From positions 131,040 through 195,039 of IMG/VR virus record IMGVR_UViG_2510065010_000001: DNA of 64,000 bases; one strand, 5' to 3'. Of this stretch, positions 45,930-53,867 are shown in pieces. Position 1 is the stretch's first letter. The number at the start of each line of letters is the position of its first letter. The stretch is from a virus. Taxonomy: Duplodnaviria > Caudoviricetes. The notes under the pieces are model-generated. The model did not search any database. It saw nothing but the letters and a program-made list of their open reading frames with translations, and was not told the DNA's origin. Made by a program: the position numbers and the translations under genes.

Positions 45930-47083
45930 CAAGCACCCCCTAGTAAGTTACGTCGCATCGCGCTTGCTTTCGAAATGTACGGAGCAAAGTGTTTCATATA
46001 CTCCTGTTTGAACTTTCCAAATAGCAATTCTTGTTGCGCCTGTTCATCATTTACTAACTTTTTCATGAGTAGCTCATACCCTACGGTTTTTACTTCATTA
46101 CGGTAAGGGATGCTTTCTACTGAACAAACTGCGTTAATAATTTTGGCTGCAGCTAAGATGCTTTCACTATTGTTTGCTCTGTAAACTACGTTGTAAAGTA
46201 ACCCATACAGCGCATCTGTTGTGTCAGGTGCGATCGTTCTCAATTTTTCTGAGTCATTTGAAAACTCGAAGTAGTCTTCAATCGGATTAAGGTTATTTAA
46301 TCGTTTTCGAAACACTCGAAACGAATGTGCTGCCATAATACCTAACCACCCTGGAACAATATGCTCTAACACAGATGGATCATCTCCATACTTGTAAAGT
46401 ACGTTTGAAACTCGATTCCAAGACCGGGGGCTGGGTGTAATCAGATGCTCATCATTTCTAGAACCGCTGCCGCCATAGTCACTATCCACATATTCTTCGT
46501 CTAGATAACGTGGTTTAGCTCGTAGAAATGCAATCACATCTGGGTGCCACCCCTTACGTTCTGCATAATTTAACGTGCTAACAATGTCAGCCTTGACATT
46601 AAAATGACATAGACGGTCAGCCAGCGCTGTTCCCATTTCGTAAGCGATCGCTCCATCTTCTGGTCGATTACCTGCTCCAGCTAACCAGACGTTATCCGGC
46701 AGTTCGTAGTCTCGGAGTTTTCGGTCTTGTAAAATTTGGTATGCACATACCTGCACATCAGGAGTTGCAGCAGATAACTCATCAAACAGCAATATGTGGA
46801 TACGGTCATCTGGGATAGAAGCAATAAAATCGGGTAGGGTCCACAGCGTTACACCTTTTTCCCGATCAATCATTGGTAACCCAGCTGCGTCACCTGCCTG
46901 TTTTTGTCCAAGGTATACAGCTTCAAATCCAAAACCTTGTGATTCAGCTAAGTCTCGGAACGATTCTGTTTTACCAATTCCAGGCTTACCGTGAAAGTAA
47001 ACCGCATACCCAGCAGACATTACTTTAATTGCTGCTTGGATTGCTTGGTCAACACTTAACGATACGGTATTTACAATTGTCAT
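45929..47083 (-). CDS. MoxR-like AAA+ ATPase
   Basis: GKPGIGKT, LLFDEL, AGNRPED, ALADR, SPRSW. Confidence 0.88.
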   Translation of the reverse strand: MTIVNTVSLSVDQAIQAAIKVMSAGYAVYFHGKPGIGKTESFRDLAESQGFGFEAVYLGQKQAGDAAGLPMIDREKGVTLWTLPDFIASIPDDRIHILLFDELSAATPDVQVCAYQILQDRKLRDYELPDNVWLAGAGNRPEDGAIAYEMGTALADRLCHFNVKADIVSTLNYAERKGWHPDVIAFLRAKPRYLDEEYVDSDYGGSGSRNDEHLITPSPRSWNRVSNVLYKYGDDPSVLEHIVPGWLGIMAAHSFRVFRKRLNNLNPIEDYFEFSNDSEKLRTIAPDTTDALYGLLYNVVYRANNSESILAAAKIINAVCSVESIPYRNEVKTVGYELLMKKLVNDEQAQQELLFGKFKQEYMKHFAPYISKASAMRRNLLGGA

Positions 47084-47142
47084 GAAAGTATAACAAATAC
47101 ATCAAGGCTTTAATAAGTAGGCAAATTCTAACTCAAACCAAT

Positions 47143-48057
47143 TTATATGAAGGAGTTAATCAACCCACGCAATTCTTCGTAAGAAGACCCATATAGGATA
47201 TGTGGATCGTTATATCCTTTAATAACTAGCTGGTGTTTTTGCAGTCGTTTGATAAATGGTACTTGGTCAGCGGTGCTAGAACCTATTAGCAAGTCGCACC
47301 CGACCTGGCGAGTGGCACCTTCGTATCGAAATGCAGCGTTTACTGCATCCCCTAGCGGACTAAAATCTTGAATGCCACCACTCCCGTTGTTTCCAACCAT
47401 TGCTCTACCAGTATTGATACCAGAGCCGATCAATACTTTATGCTCCATTCCGTGGTGCAAAGCCAGGTCTTTTGTAATTGATGCACAATCTAACATGCAG
47501 TGGATTACATTTAATAGATCAGGGACAGCTTTATTGTTGTGAACCCAAGTAGCCATCACGGAGTCTCCGATAGATTTGTGGGAAAAAGCTCCGTATCTTT
47601 CCGCTGTCAATCCGCAACGCATCGACCAGTCAGAAATAAAGCCTGCTAATTGATAGGCAGGTATCTTTTGAGATAACTCGCAATAACCACGAATGTCAAC
47701 AACTAGGATCGTTGTTAATCTTTCTAAAATGTTAACCTCCGTTGGAGGTTCTTGTGAAACTGTTTGTGTTTCACTCACCTCTTCTAAACAAACCTGCAAC
47801 CTTGAGGTACCTATTTCGATTGTATCCTGGTGACGTAAAGATACTTGTTTTGACACTCTCCGTCCATTTACGAATGTCCCATTTCTGCTTCCTAAATCAA
47901 TTAAATACAAATGGTCCGCTTGCCAAAACAGTTTAGCGTGTGTTCGAGACACTAATTGATCCGGTAGTTGAATGTCATTGGCAGTGGTTCTACCAATAGT
48001 CCATTCAGTTTTGTCATCAAGCATTTTACGGCTTGATTGTACAAGTAAATAAGCCAT
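47143..48057 (-). CDS. FHA-domain class III adenylate cyclase (cyanobacterial Cya1-like)
   Basis: FHA: IGR...NDI....VSR.HA...DLGSRNGTFVNG. Cyclase: VVDIRGY, KSIGDSVM, GINTG, GDAVNAAFRYE. Confidence 0.9.
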   Translation of the reverse strand: MAYLLVQSSRKMLDDKTEWTIGRTTANDIQLPDQLVSRTHAKLFWQADHLYLIDLGSRNGTFVNGRRVSKQVSLRHQDTIEIGTSRLQVCLEEVSETQTVSQEPPTEVNILERLTTILVVDIRGYCELSQKIPAYQLAGFISDWSMRCGLTAERYGAFSHKSIGDSVMATWVHNNKAVPDLLNVIHCMLDCASITKDLALHHGMEHKVLIGSGINTGRAMVGNNGSGGIQDFSPLGDAVNAAFRYEGATRQVGCDLLIGSSTADQVPFIKRLQKHQLVIKGYNDPHILYGSSYEELRGLINSFI

Positions 48058-48082
48058 TGTTTTTTATAAAATAAAGAACATA

Positions 48083-48113
48083 AAAAACCACCTAACTACT
48101 TAAGGTGGTTTTT
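48083..48113. terminator. bidirectional intrinsic terminator-like hairpin
   Basis: AAAAACCACCT-loop-AGGTGGTTTTT. Confidence 0.7.
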
Positions 48114-48163
48114 GAGTGAAAATCGATGATTCACATCACTGTTTAACGGTGTTTGTTTCTTTT

Positions 48164-48379
48164 TTAAAAACCCTTTCCAAAATGCAGTCTGTATAGTTCT
48201 TCTGCTTCAGCTAACAGATCGTCCCATCTAAGCTTCGCTTCAAAATGTTGAGCCATTGAAGTAGAGTGCACTACAAATTTTGTGGTTTCGATCACAGGTT
48301 TATACTTCGATACCAAAAGGTTAACCGCTACACTAGTCAATGTTTGTAAGTTTTTGAATTGGTTTTGCTCTTTTTCCAC
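48164..48379 (-). CDS. hypothetical protein
   Basis: 71-aa ORF in operon context. Confidence 0.45.
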   Translation of the reverse strand: MEKEQNQFKNLQTLTSVAVNLLVSKYKPVIETTKFVVHSTSMAQHFEAKLRWDDLLAEAEELYRLHFGKGF

Positions 48380-48608
48380 ACCATTTTTTTAGCTGAAATT
48401 GAACATGAGCATAATTCGAGTTAGCCTCTGCTATTAACGTGGTTCTAGGAAATTTAATTACTTGAATGAGCAAATAAGAAAAAGCATAATCTTTATGAAA
48501 CCATAAATCTTTGAGTGAATGACAAACTCCAAATACGGACTCTTCCAAAGTCTCTAAAGACAGCTTTGGTTCGGCAAAGATTGGTTTTGACTGAGTTAAC
48601 TCAAACAT
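48333..48608 (-). CDS. hypothetical protein
   Basis: 91-aa ORF overlapping the stop of the UDG-like gene. Confidence 0.45.
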   Translation of the reverse strand: MFELTQSKPIFAEPKLSLETLEESVFGVCHSLKDLWFHKDYAFSYLLIQVIKFPRTTLIAEANSNYAHVQFQLKKWCGKRAKPIQKLTNID

Positions 48609-49380
48609 CTAAAAAGTTTCTTAAAGGTTCTAAATCTTTTCTGAAGTGCCACACTGGGCTACCAATAATGGGGGGTTCGATCACTCGAACTGCTTCTACT
48701 AAATAAGTGTCGTCACTATCCAAGGTTACTGATGTTTCAATCCTAAACTCAGAACGAGCAACTGGGGCAGGATTGAACGTAAAAATTAGAGGATGGTCAC
48801 CTAATCTATAGTGGTTAGTGCGACGGCAATCATTAAGTGAATTAGGGAGGGATCTTTTTAGTTCTGGGAAACACGCAACTATCCCCTTAAATGCTAGCGT
48901 CCCGGCAATTAAAATAGGAACTTCAGGTACAAACTGATCAAGAGTTGCCAACTCTTTTTTAAACCAGGCATTTGCACAAGCTTTCGCATGTGCCTCCTGC
49001 GGTTTTGTAGCCTTTGGGTCACATTTAATAATGTTGGTACACCATATGTCTGTGTAAGTGTCTAACCCAAACATTGTTTTTAAGGTGTGACGAAGCATAG
49101 ACCCTGCGTTACGAAACCCTTCTGGAGTTTTGCGTCCAGTTTTTTTATTAATTTTGGAAGCACGTTTTCCATCGTTATCGAAAAACGGGTGATTTACTTG
49201 AATTTCGTAGGCACCAGGGTGGTCTGATACTACAATGAGCTTCACGTCAGTTAGCTCATCGGGTCCACCACCTGCAACTGCTTCTTTGCAGGATAGTGGA
49301 CACTTTTTGCAACTTCGGTCAAAAGAAATGAGAGGGTGCTTGTCGGAACCCAGTTCATACGCAGTTGGTAAACTTATCAT
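48601..49380 (-). CDS. uracil-DNA glycosylase family 4-like (Fe-S) protein
   Basis: CKKCPL, SDHPG..E, AG.ML, TNIIKCDP, AC, TFNPA. Confidence 0.8.
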   Translation of the reverse strand: MISLPTAYELGSDKHPLISFDRSCKKCPLSCKEAVAGGGPDELTDVKLIVVSDHPGAYEIQVNHPFFDNDGKRASKINKKTGRKTPEGFRNAGSMLRHTLKTMFGLDTYTDIWCTNIIKCDPKATKPQEAHAKACANAWFKKELATLDQFVPEVPILIAGTLAFKGIVACFPELKRSLPNSLNDCRRTNHYRLGDHPLIFTFNPAPVARSEFRIETSVTLDSDDTYLVEAVRVIEPPIIGSPVWHFRKDLEPLRNFLDV

Positions 49381-49568
49381 TGGTGTGGTTCTAAATCTAG
49401 CGTTGGAATCTCACCGGGCACAACTGACCGATGAACTTTTTTAATAACAAATTGCTGCCCACTCTCGTCTTCTAAGACATCTCCTTCTTTAAGAGTCCAG
49501 ATTCTCGAAGACCAGGGCAGCTCGATCGGATAAGTTAACTCATGTCGTTTGTTCTTATTTCGAGCCAC
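49377..49568 (-). CDS. hypothetical protein
   Basis: 63-aa ORF, translationally coupled to its neighbours. Confidence 0.5.
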   Translation of the reverse strand: MARNKNKRHELTYPIELPWSSRIWTLKEGDVLEDESGQQFVIKKVHRSVVPGEIPTLDLEPHQ

Positions 49569-49570
49569 TA

Positions 49571-50866
49571 CTATTCCGCCACATCAAGTTGGTCACTAAC
49601 TTTCTCAGCATGACGGACAACTACAAAGCTTTGTAATTGTAATGCGTCTGCTTCTTCAAAAGATTGCATAGCTAGTAACCAGCTCTTATTCCCTGAAGCA
49701 CGTTGCGTTGACTTTTGGGTTAGTACCAAAGCACTTGACGCAAGGTTTGTAAATTTGAAATAACTTTGAAAACTGCGGAGGATGGAAACAAATGCCTGAG
49801 CATTGATTAAAACAGGTGCCCATTCTTCGCTAATAACGGATGGGTCTATGTGAACGAAAGCTCGTTCTTTACCTTTCACGTCTGAAGCTTGGAGAATTAC
49901 CAAGTGTGGTTTTTGCTCAACAAGTACAAGTTCCTGTTGTAGCTCCGTTTCATCTGGCAACTGCAAAGTGACAGACGTTAATAAGTCTTGCAGGGCAACC
50001 AGCCTATTACTTTCTTCTTTTACTCTGGGGTCGTTACCAAACAGTGCATAATTCATGAGTGTCCTATCTTCTGGGTCAACACACTTAAGGGACACTCTCC
50101 CACGATCGCCTTGAAAAGTTACCCAGTCTTCACCGTCTATTTGGTCTAAGTAAATCTCAACTGGAGCTTCCAAACTAAGCTTGATTAAACGCTTCATGTG
50201 CCGTCCTTCAACAGCAAACTTGTTTTCTACAAGCTCACTACCAGGGATAGTCACACCCAAATAACACATATAGGATGCTTTATGGTTAGCTACTCCTAAA
50301 ATCTTATCCGGTTGGATGTCTAGAAAGACTGTGCGACCTACAATATCACTGCCGGGTTTTTCATTAAAGTCTGCGAACTTTTGGAGTAAACTTACCCAAT
50401 TAGAAAAATCTTTTGCTAAAACTTTTCCTATTAAATTCGAAGCTTCGAAGACTTCTCCAAAGTCAGAAAGGGTTCCGCCATATTGACGAACAGCTAACCT
50501 CCCCCTTTCTTTCTCTCCAGTTTGTGTAACAGCATAGTCTACTAAAAGGTTTAAAGTTCCTCTATTAACTCTTAGCGTAAGACTACCAACTCCAGCCTTG
50601 TGTAACTTACCAAGTTTAGACTTTAACTCTGTTTGGTCAATTAAATAAACAATTCCAGGCTCTCCCCCAGCATCACTATCTTGGTGTACATGATACCGCT
50701 GGACGATCGCTTTATTTGGTTCTTTAGTCGTAGCAACAGTTAAGTTGTGCTCTACCTGTTCGAGTAGAACACAACTGTGTGCAGACAAAGCTTCGGTTGT
50801 AGCAGCGCAGTAAACTTGCTCAAACAATAGCTTGAGCATAGTAGCTTTTTCAAAGCGTATAGTCAT
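49571..50866 (-). CDS. divergent sliding clamp (DnaN/beta-like) candidate
   Basis: N-terminus MTIRFEKATMLKLL..V......L....VLLEQVEHNLTVATT parallels the DnaN N-terminus; alternating alpha/beta pattern; V.INAQ.F..IL near the C-terminus. Confidence 0.55.
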   Translation of the reverse strand: MTIRFEKATMLKLLFEQVYCAATTEALSAHSCVLLEQVEHNLTVATTKEPNKAIVQRYHVHQDSDAGGEPGIVYLIDQTELKSKLGKLHKAGVGSLTLRVNRGTLNLLVDYAVTQTGEKERGRLAVRQYGGTLSDFGEVFEASNLIGKVLAKDFSNWVSLLQKFADFNEKPGSDIVGRTVFLDIQPDKILGVANHKASYMCYLGVTIPGSELVENKFAVEGRHMKRLIKLSLEAPVEIYLDQIDGEDWVTFQGDRGRVSLKCVDPEDRTLMNYALFGNDPRVKEESNRLVALQDLLTSVTLQLPDETELQQELVLVEQKPHLVILQASDVKGKERAFVHIDPSVISEEWAPVLINAQAFVSILRSFQSYFKFTNLASSALVLTQKSTQRASGNKSWLLAMQSFEEADALQLQSFVVVRHAEKVSDQLDVAE

Positions 50867-51477
50867 AGTTGTTCATCATTAGCGTCTCCAAAGTCTTCAT
50901 CTAGCCACTCTTCATCAAGGTGTTTACTGTTGTTAAAAGCAACTGCTGCAGTAGATTGGGCTTGTTGCAGTGGACCTTCAATATCTGCGTTTAATCTCCG
51001 CACCAAATTTAGGAACTGGTTCTGACTTGATAAATGCCAAGGTTCTAATCGTGTGTTATAGATTAATCGTATTGCTGGGTCAATAAGATCACTATAGATA
51101 CTGACAGTCCCTTCCGTAGCAAGTAGATTCAATATCCCAACTGAACTAATTACAAATTCTAAAACAGCCTGACTGACCGTTCCGTTATCACCCACTCGAA
51201 TATTAACTGCTCCCATGTTCATCAACAACCAATAAGTTATTGATTTGTTGGCAGACAGCTTTGGTTGAATAATAAAAATAAGGGACTGTCTAAAGTGGAC
51301 TGTCAAGTACGGTAAACGACACTGGTCGTCGATGATAGCTGCTCGAATTTCGGTAGGCGTTACCTCTAATCCAGTTCGTACCAAAGATTTTACAAAAAGG
51401 TGGCTGTCTAGCCACCTACGGACGTTTGCTAGTTTCCGAACAATTCGGATTCTTTGCCTTGTTTCGTTTTTATCCAC
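50863..51477 (-). CDS. hypothetical protein
   Basis: 204-aa ORF with an acidic tail. Confidence 0.55.
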   Translation of the reverse strand: MDKNETRQRIRIVRKLANVRRWLDSHLFVKSLVRTGLEVTPTEIRAAIIDDQCRLPYLTVHFRQSLIFIIQPKLSANKSITYWLLMNMGAVNIRVGDNGTVSQAVLEFVISSVGILNLLATEGTVSIYSDLIDPAIRLIYNTRLEPWHLSSQNQFLNLVRRLNADIEGPLQQAQSTAAVAFNNSKHLDEEWLDEDFGDANDEQL

Positions 51478-52192
51478 GATTGAAAACCTCCGAGGATAGG
51501 GTTATCCACAATGATTTGGAGGCTGCGGCTTGTTTCAGTTCGAAAGCAATCCGGTGAATTCTAGGAAGAATTTCTCGCGCTTCTTTCTGTAGTTCTTCCA
51601 AACTCATCTGATCATCAAACTGAACCTCTACGATCCCTAGCTCTTTATCTCTGTCCAACATTAAGAAGCATATGTTGTGAGATACACCCATTGCTTGCAT
51701 TAACTGAGAATGCAGGTCAGGGGTACTGTTAAGTGCACGGTAGATGTAAGGTATCTGATTTTTAGGATCGGCTTTTTGAAGTTCGTCCAGCTCTTCTAAT
51801 AAAGTGGCAATTACAGAAATAGGACTGTCCTTTATCTCTTTTACTAAAGCGAACCCAGCATGTGCATATTGGTTTGTAACCGAAACTCGCTGGAAGTGTC
51901 TACCGCTAGTCAATTTAGTTCCATTGTGAAACTCATACAGTAATATCCTGCAAGCATTTGTTTTACCAACACACTCAGCGAGTATGTGCTGTAGATTCAA
52001 GTCATGTTTGTAAGAACGTTTACTTACAATTCTATGCATCCATCTCACTAACTGTACGGAGATAAACTGCCGCCAAATTGCAACTGCCAGCAGAATACCC
52101 ATGATAACCACCTCAGAACTTATATCAAACGAAATGGTTTTAGTAGGTATATTTTCTAAGGTGGGTTCTTGAGTTTGATGGGTTTGAGACAT
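51470..52192 (-). CDS. single-TM protein with GAF-like soluble domain (possible T4 gpT-type holin)
   Basis: N-terminal TM segment, then ACRILLYEFHNG...LGIVEVQF. Confidence 0.45.
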   Translation of the reverse strand: MSQTHQTQEPTLENIPTKTISFDISSEVVIMGILLAVAIWRQFISVQLVRWMHRIVSKRSYKHDLNLQHILAECVGKTNACRILLYEFHNGTKLTSGRHFQRVSVTNQYAHAGFALVKEIKDSPISVIATLLEELDELQKADPKNQIPYIYRALNSTPDLHSQLMQAMGVSHNICFLMLDRDKELGIVEVQFDDQMSLEELQKEAREILPRIHRIAFELKQAAASKSLWITLSSEVFNRG

Positions 52193-52289
52193 AATCCGAA
52201 AAATAAACTATCTCAGTTTGACAGATTTATTAACTGTTCGAGTGCTGAGATATTTACTTGTGTTATCCGAGTGATTTATATCACAAAGA

Positions 52290-52850
52290 CTATTTAGACC
52301 ACATTTTAGAAATAGCAGCTTCAGCCCGTCCACTCCATTCGTTGTTAAAAGTTTCTGCTTGGGCTTTTTCCATTAGACTCTTACAAATATTTCCCCAATG
52401 CTTTGCCTCTTCATTAGGTTCATAATACGGTTTGAAAATACCGTTTTTAATAATGCATTTATCTTCAACAAGAACTACATCACCGGGAACACAGCAAACT
52501 AGTTCGTCATGGACCAGCATACAAATTTTTGCGTCTGTCCCTAAGAACTCATCATATACGTAATCCATTGAGAGCTTAATTTGTGTAGAACCATATCCTT
52601 GAATTTGAAAGTTGACTCCAGACCTAGCAGGGCTGGCACCCGCTTGTTTGCTGTTATCTTCTGCCACCCATCTCAACCTTCCGTCACGATTTCTACTCCA
52701 TCCACGAACGGTGCAAAGATGTCCAATTTCCTTCGCCCACTTGTGAAATCCTGGATACGTTTGCTCGTGACGTTTGATCCAATCAGCGCAAAGTTCTTCT
52801 TTGACGTGGTAAAGGTCGGACATTGCCTTTGATGTCTGACCGTATATGAT
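52290..52850 (-). CDS. polA: family A DNA polymerase, C-terminal subunit, exon 2 (end of motif B, motif C)
   Basis: IIYG..., GRLRW, NFQIQG, LVHDELV. Confidence 0.9.
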   Translation of the reverse strand: MIYGQTSKAMSDLYHVKEELCADWIKRHEQTYPGFHKWAKEIGHLCTVRGWSRNRDGRLRWVAEDNSKQAGASPARSGVNFQIQGYGSTQIKLSMDYVYDEFLGTDAKICMLVHDELVCCVPGDVVLVEDKCIIKNGIFKPYYEPNEEAKHWGNICKSLMEKAQAETFNNEWSGRAEAAISKMWSK

Positions 52851-53092
52851 CACTTAGCCCCTAATTACTTAGGGAGTAGACTATACCTTAGTTGTTGTTT
52901 TGTGAAAAACAGAACAACAACTCCTGCCGTATTACCCATTTTTGAGTCTCAGAGTCACCTTATCCACTGGACTTAGGCTATCTTCAGTCGTTACACCATT
53001 CGATCATATTTCTAAGATCCCTGGCTCGGTATTGCCGCTCGTATGAGTACGGTTTCACCGAATTGAGCAGGTTTTACTTCGGCTATCACTTA
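52851..53092 (-). ncRNA. group I self-splicing intron (242 nt, no ORF)
   Basis: 5' exon ends in U (TTCGGT) and pairs with IGS GCCGAA via a U.G wobble. P AATTCGGTGAAAC, Q AATACCGAGC, R GTAACGACT, S AAGGTATAGTCT. P9 has a GTAA tetraloop and the intron ends in G. Splicing restores KRVNFG|IIYG. Confidence 0.92.
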
Positions 53093-53509
53093 ACCGAAAT
53101 TTACTCGCTTTGCATAGTCGCGAGGTTTTCCCTTCTGAGTAATTAAACTCTCATTCTTAGCAATATCTACCCACTCGTGCCGTTGCTTTCCTACAAATAA
53201 ATGTGGAAAGCAACAACCCATGCAAGTTAGAGTATGCAAGTCTGCGTCCGGGTTTGGATAAAATACTTGCTTGCCGTCTTTGACTACCTGTTTTCCATCC
53301 AGGTCTAACAAAGGTAAGGTTTCTTCTGACAAAAACGCTTTCAGCATTGTCTGGTCCTGAGAAAGGACGGCAGCAATATACAGTTCTTGTGAACTGAAGT
53401 CCACTGAAAGTAGAACGTATCCAGGTGGAGCGACAAACCCTCCTCTTGCTGTTAGTGAAAGCCTGACAGTTGTACCACCTGCTTTTATTGCTTCTGTGGT
53501 TTGATTCAA
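53093..53509 (-). CDS. polA: family A DNA polymerase, C-terminal subunit, exon 1 (motif A, start of motif B)
   Basis: RGGFVAPPGYVLLSVDFSSQEL, DLH, RDYAKRVNFG; GGAGG 5 nt before the TTG start. Confidence 0.9.
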
Positions 53510-53524
53510 TGCATCCTCCAGTGA

Positions 53525-53737
53525 TTAACGTTGTGTTAACGCACGACCAAGCCTGGTTAATCGATAAGGCTTCTCAGTTATTAAACGTTTTGAAATTAAC
53601 AACTTCAATAACTGATGAATCTGCTTACGATTAAACCTGGTTTCTAATGCCTTATAAGGCAAAACTAGCTTGTTGTCGGTACCAAATGCACGAAGAACAA
53701 CTAGCTCTTCTTCACTCACTGGTGTAAACCCTAGCAT
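53525..53737 (-). CDS. small winged-helix-like protein between the polA halves
   Basis: EEELVVLRAF...IHQLLKLLISKRLI....YRLTRLGR. Confidence 0.55.
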   Translation of the reverse strand: MLGFTPVSEEELVVLRAFGTDNKLVLPYKALETRFNRKQIHQLLKLLISKRLITEKPYRLTRLGRALTQR

Positions 53738-53867
53738 TTTCTTTTTCCTTTATTCGAAGGTCTACCTTATCGATAGTCGCTAGTAGCGCAGCTTTAACTG
53801 CGTACCATTGTTCTAAGGTCAAGTCACCAAGCTCATCTAAGTTAATAAAAGTCTCTACGCTTTGCAT
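53712..53867 (-). CDS. 51-aa ORF between the polA halves (MQSVETFINLDELGDLTLEQWYAVKAALLATIDKVDLRIKEKENARVYTSE)
   Basis: Translated by hand; overlaps both neighbours in operon fashion. Confidence 0.5.
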   Translation of the reverse strand: MQSVETFINLDELGDLTLEQWYAVKAALLATIDKVDLRIKEKENARVYTSE

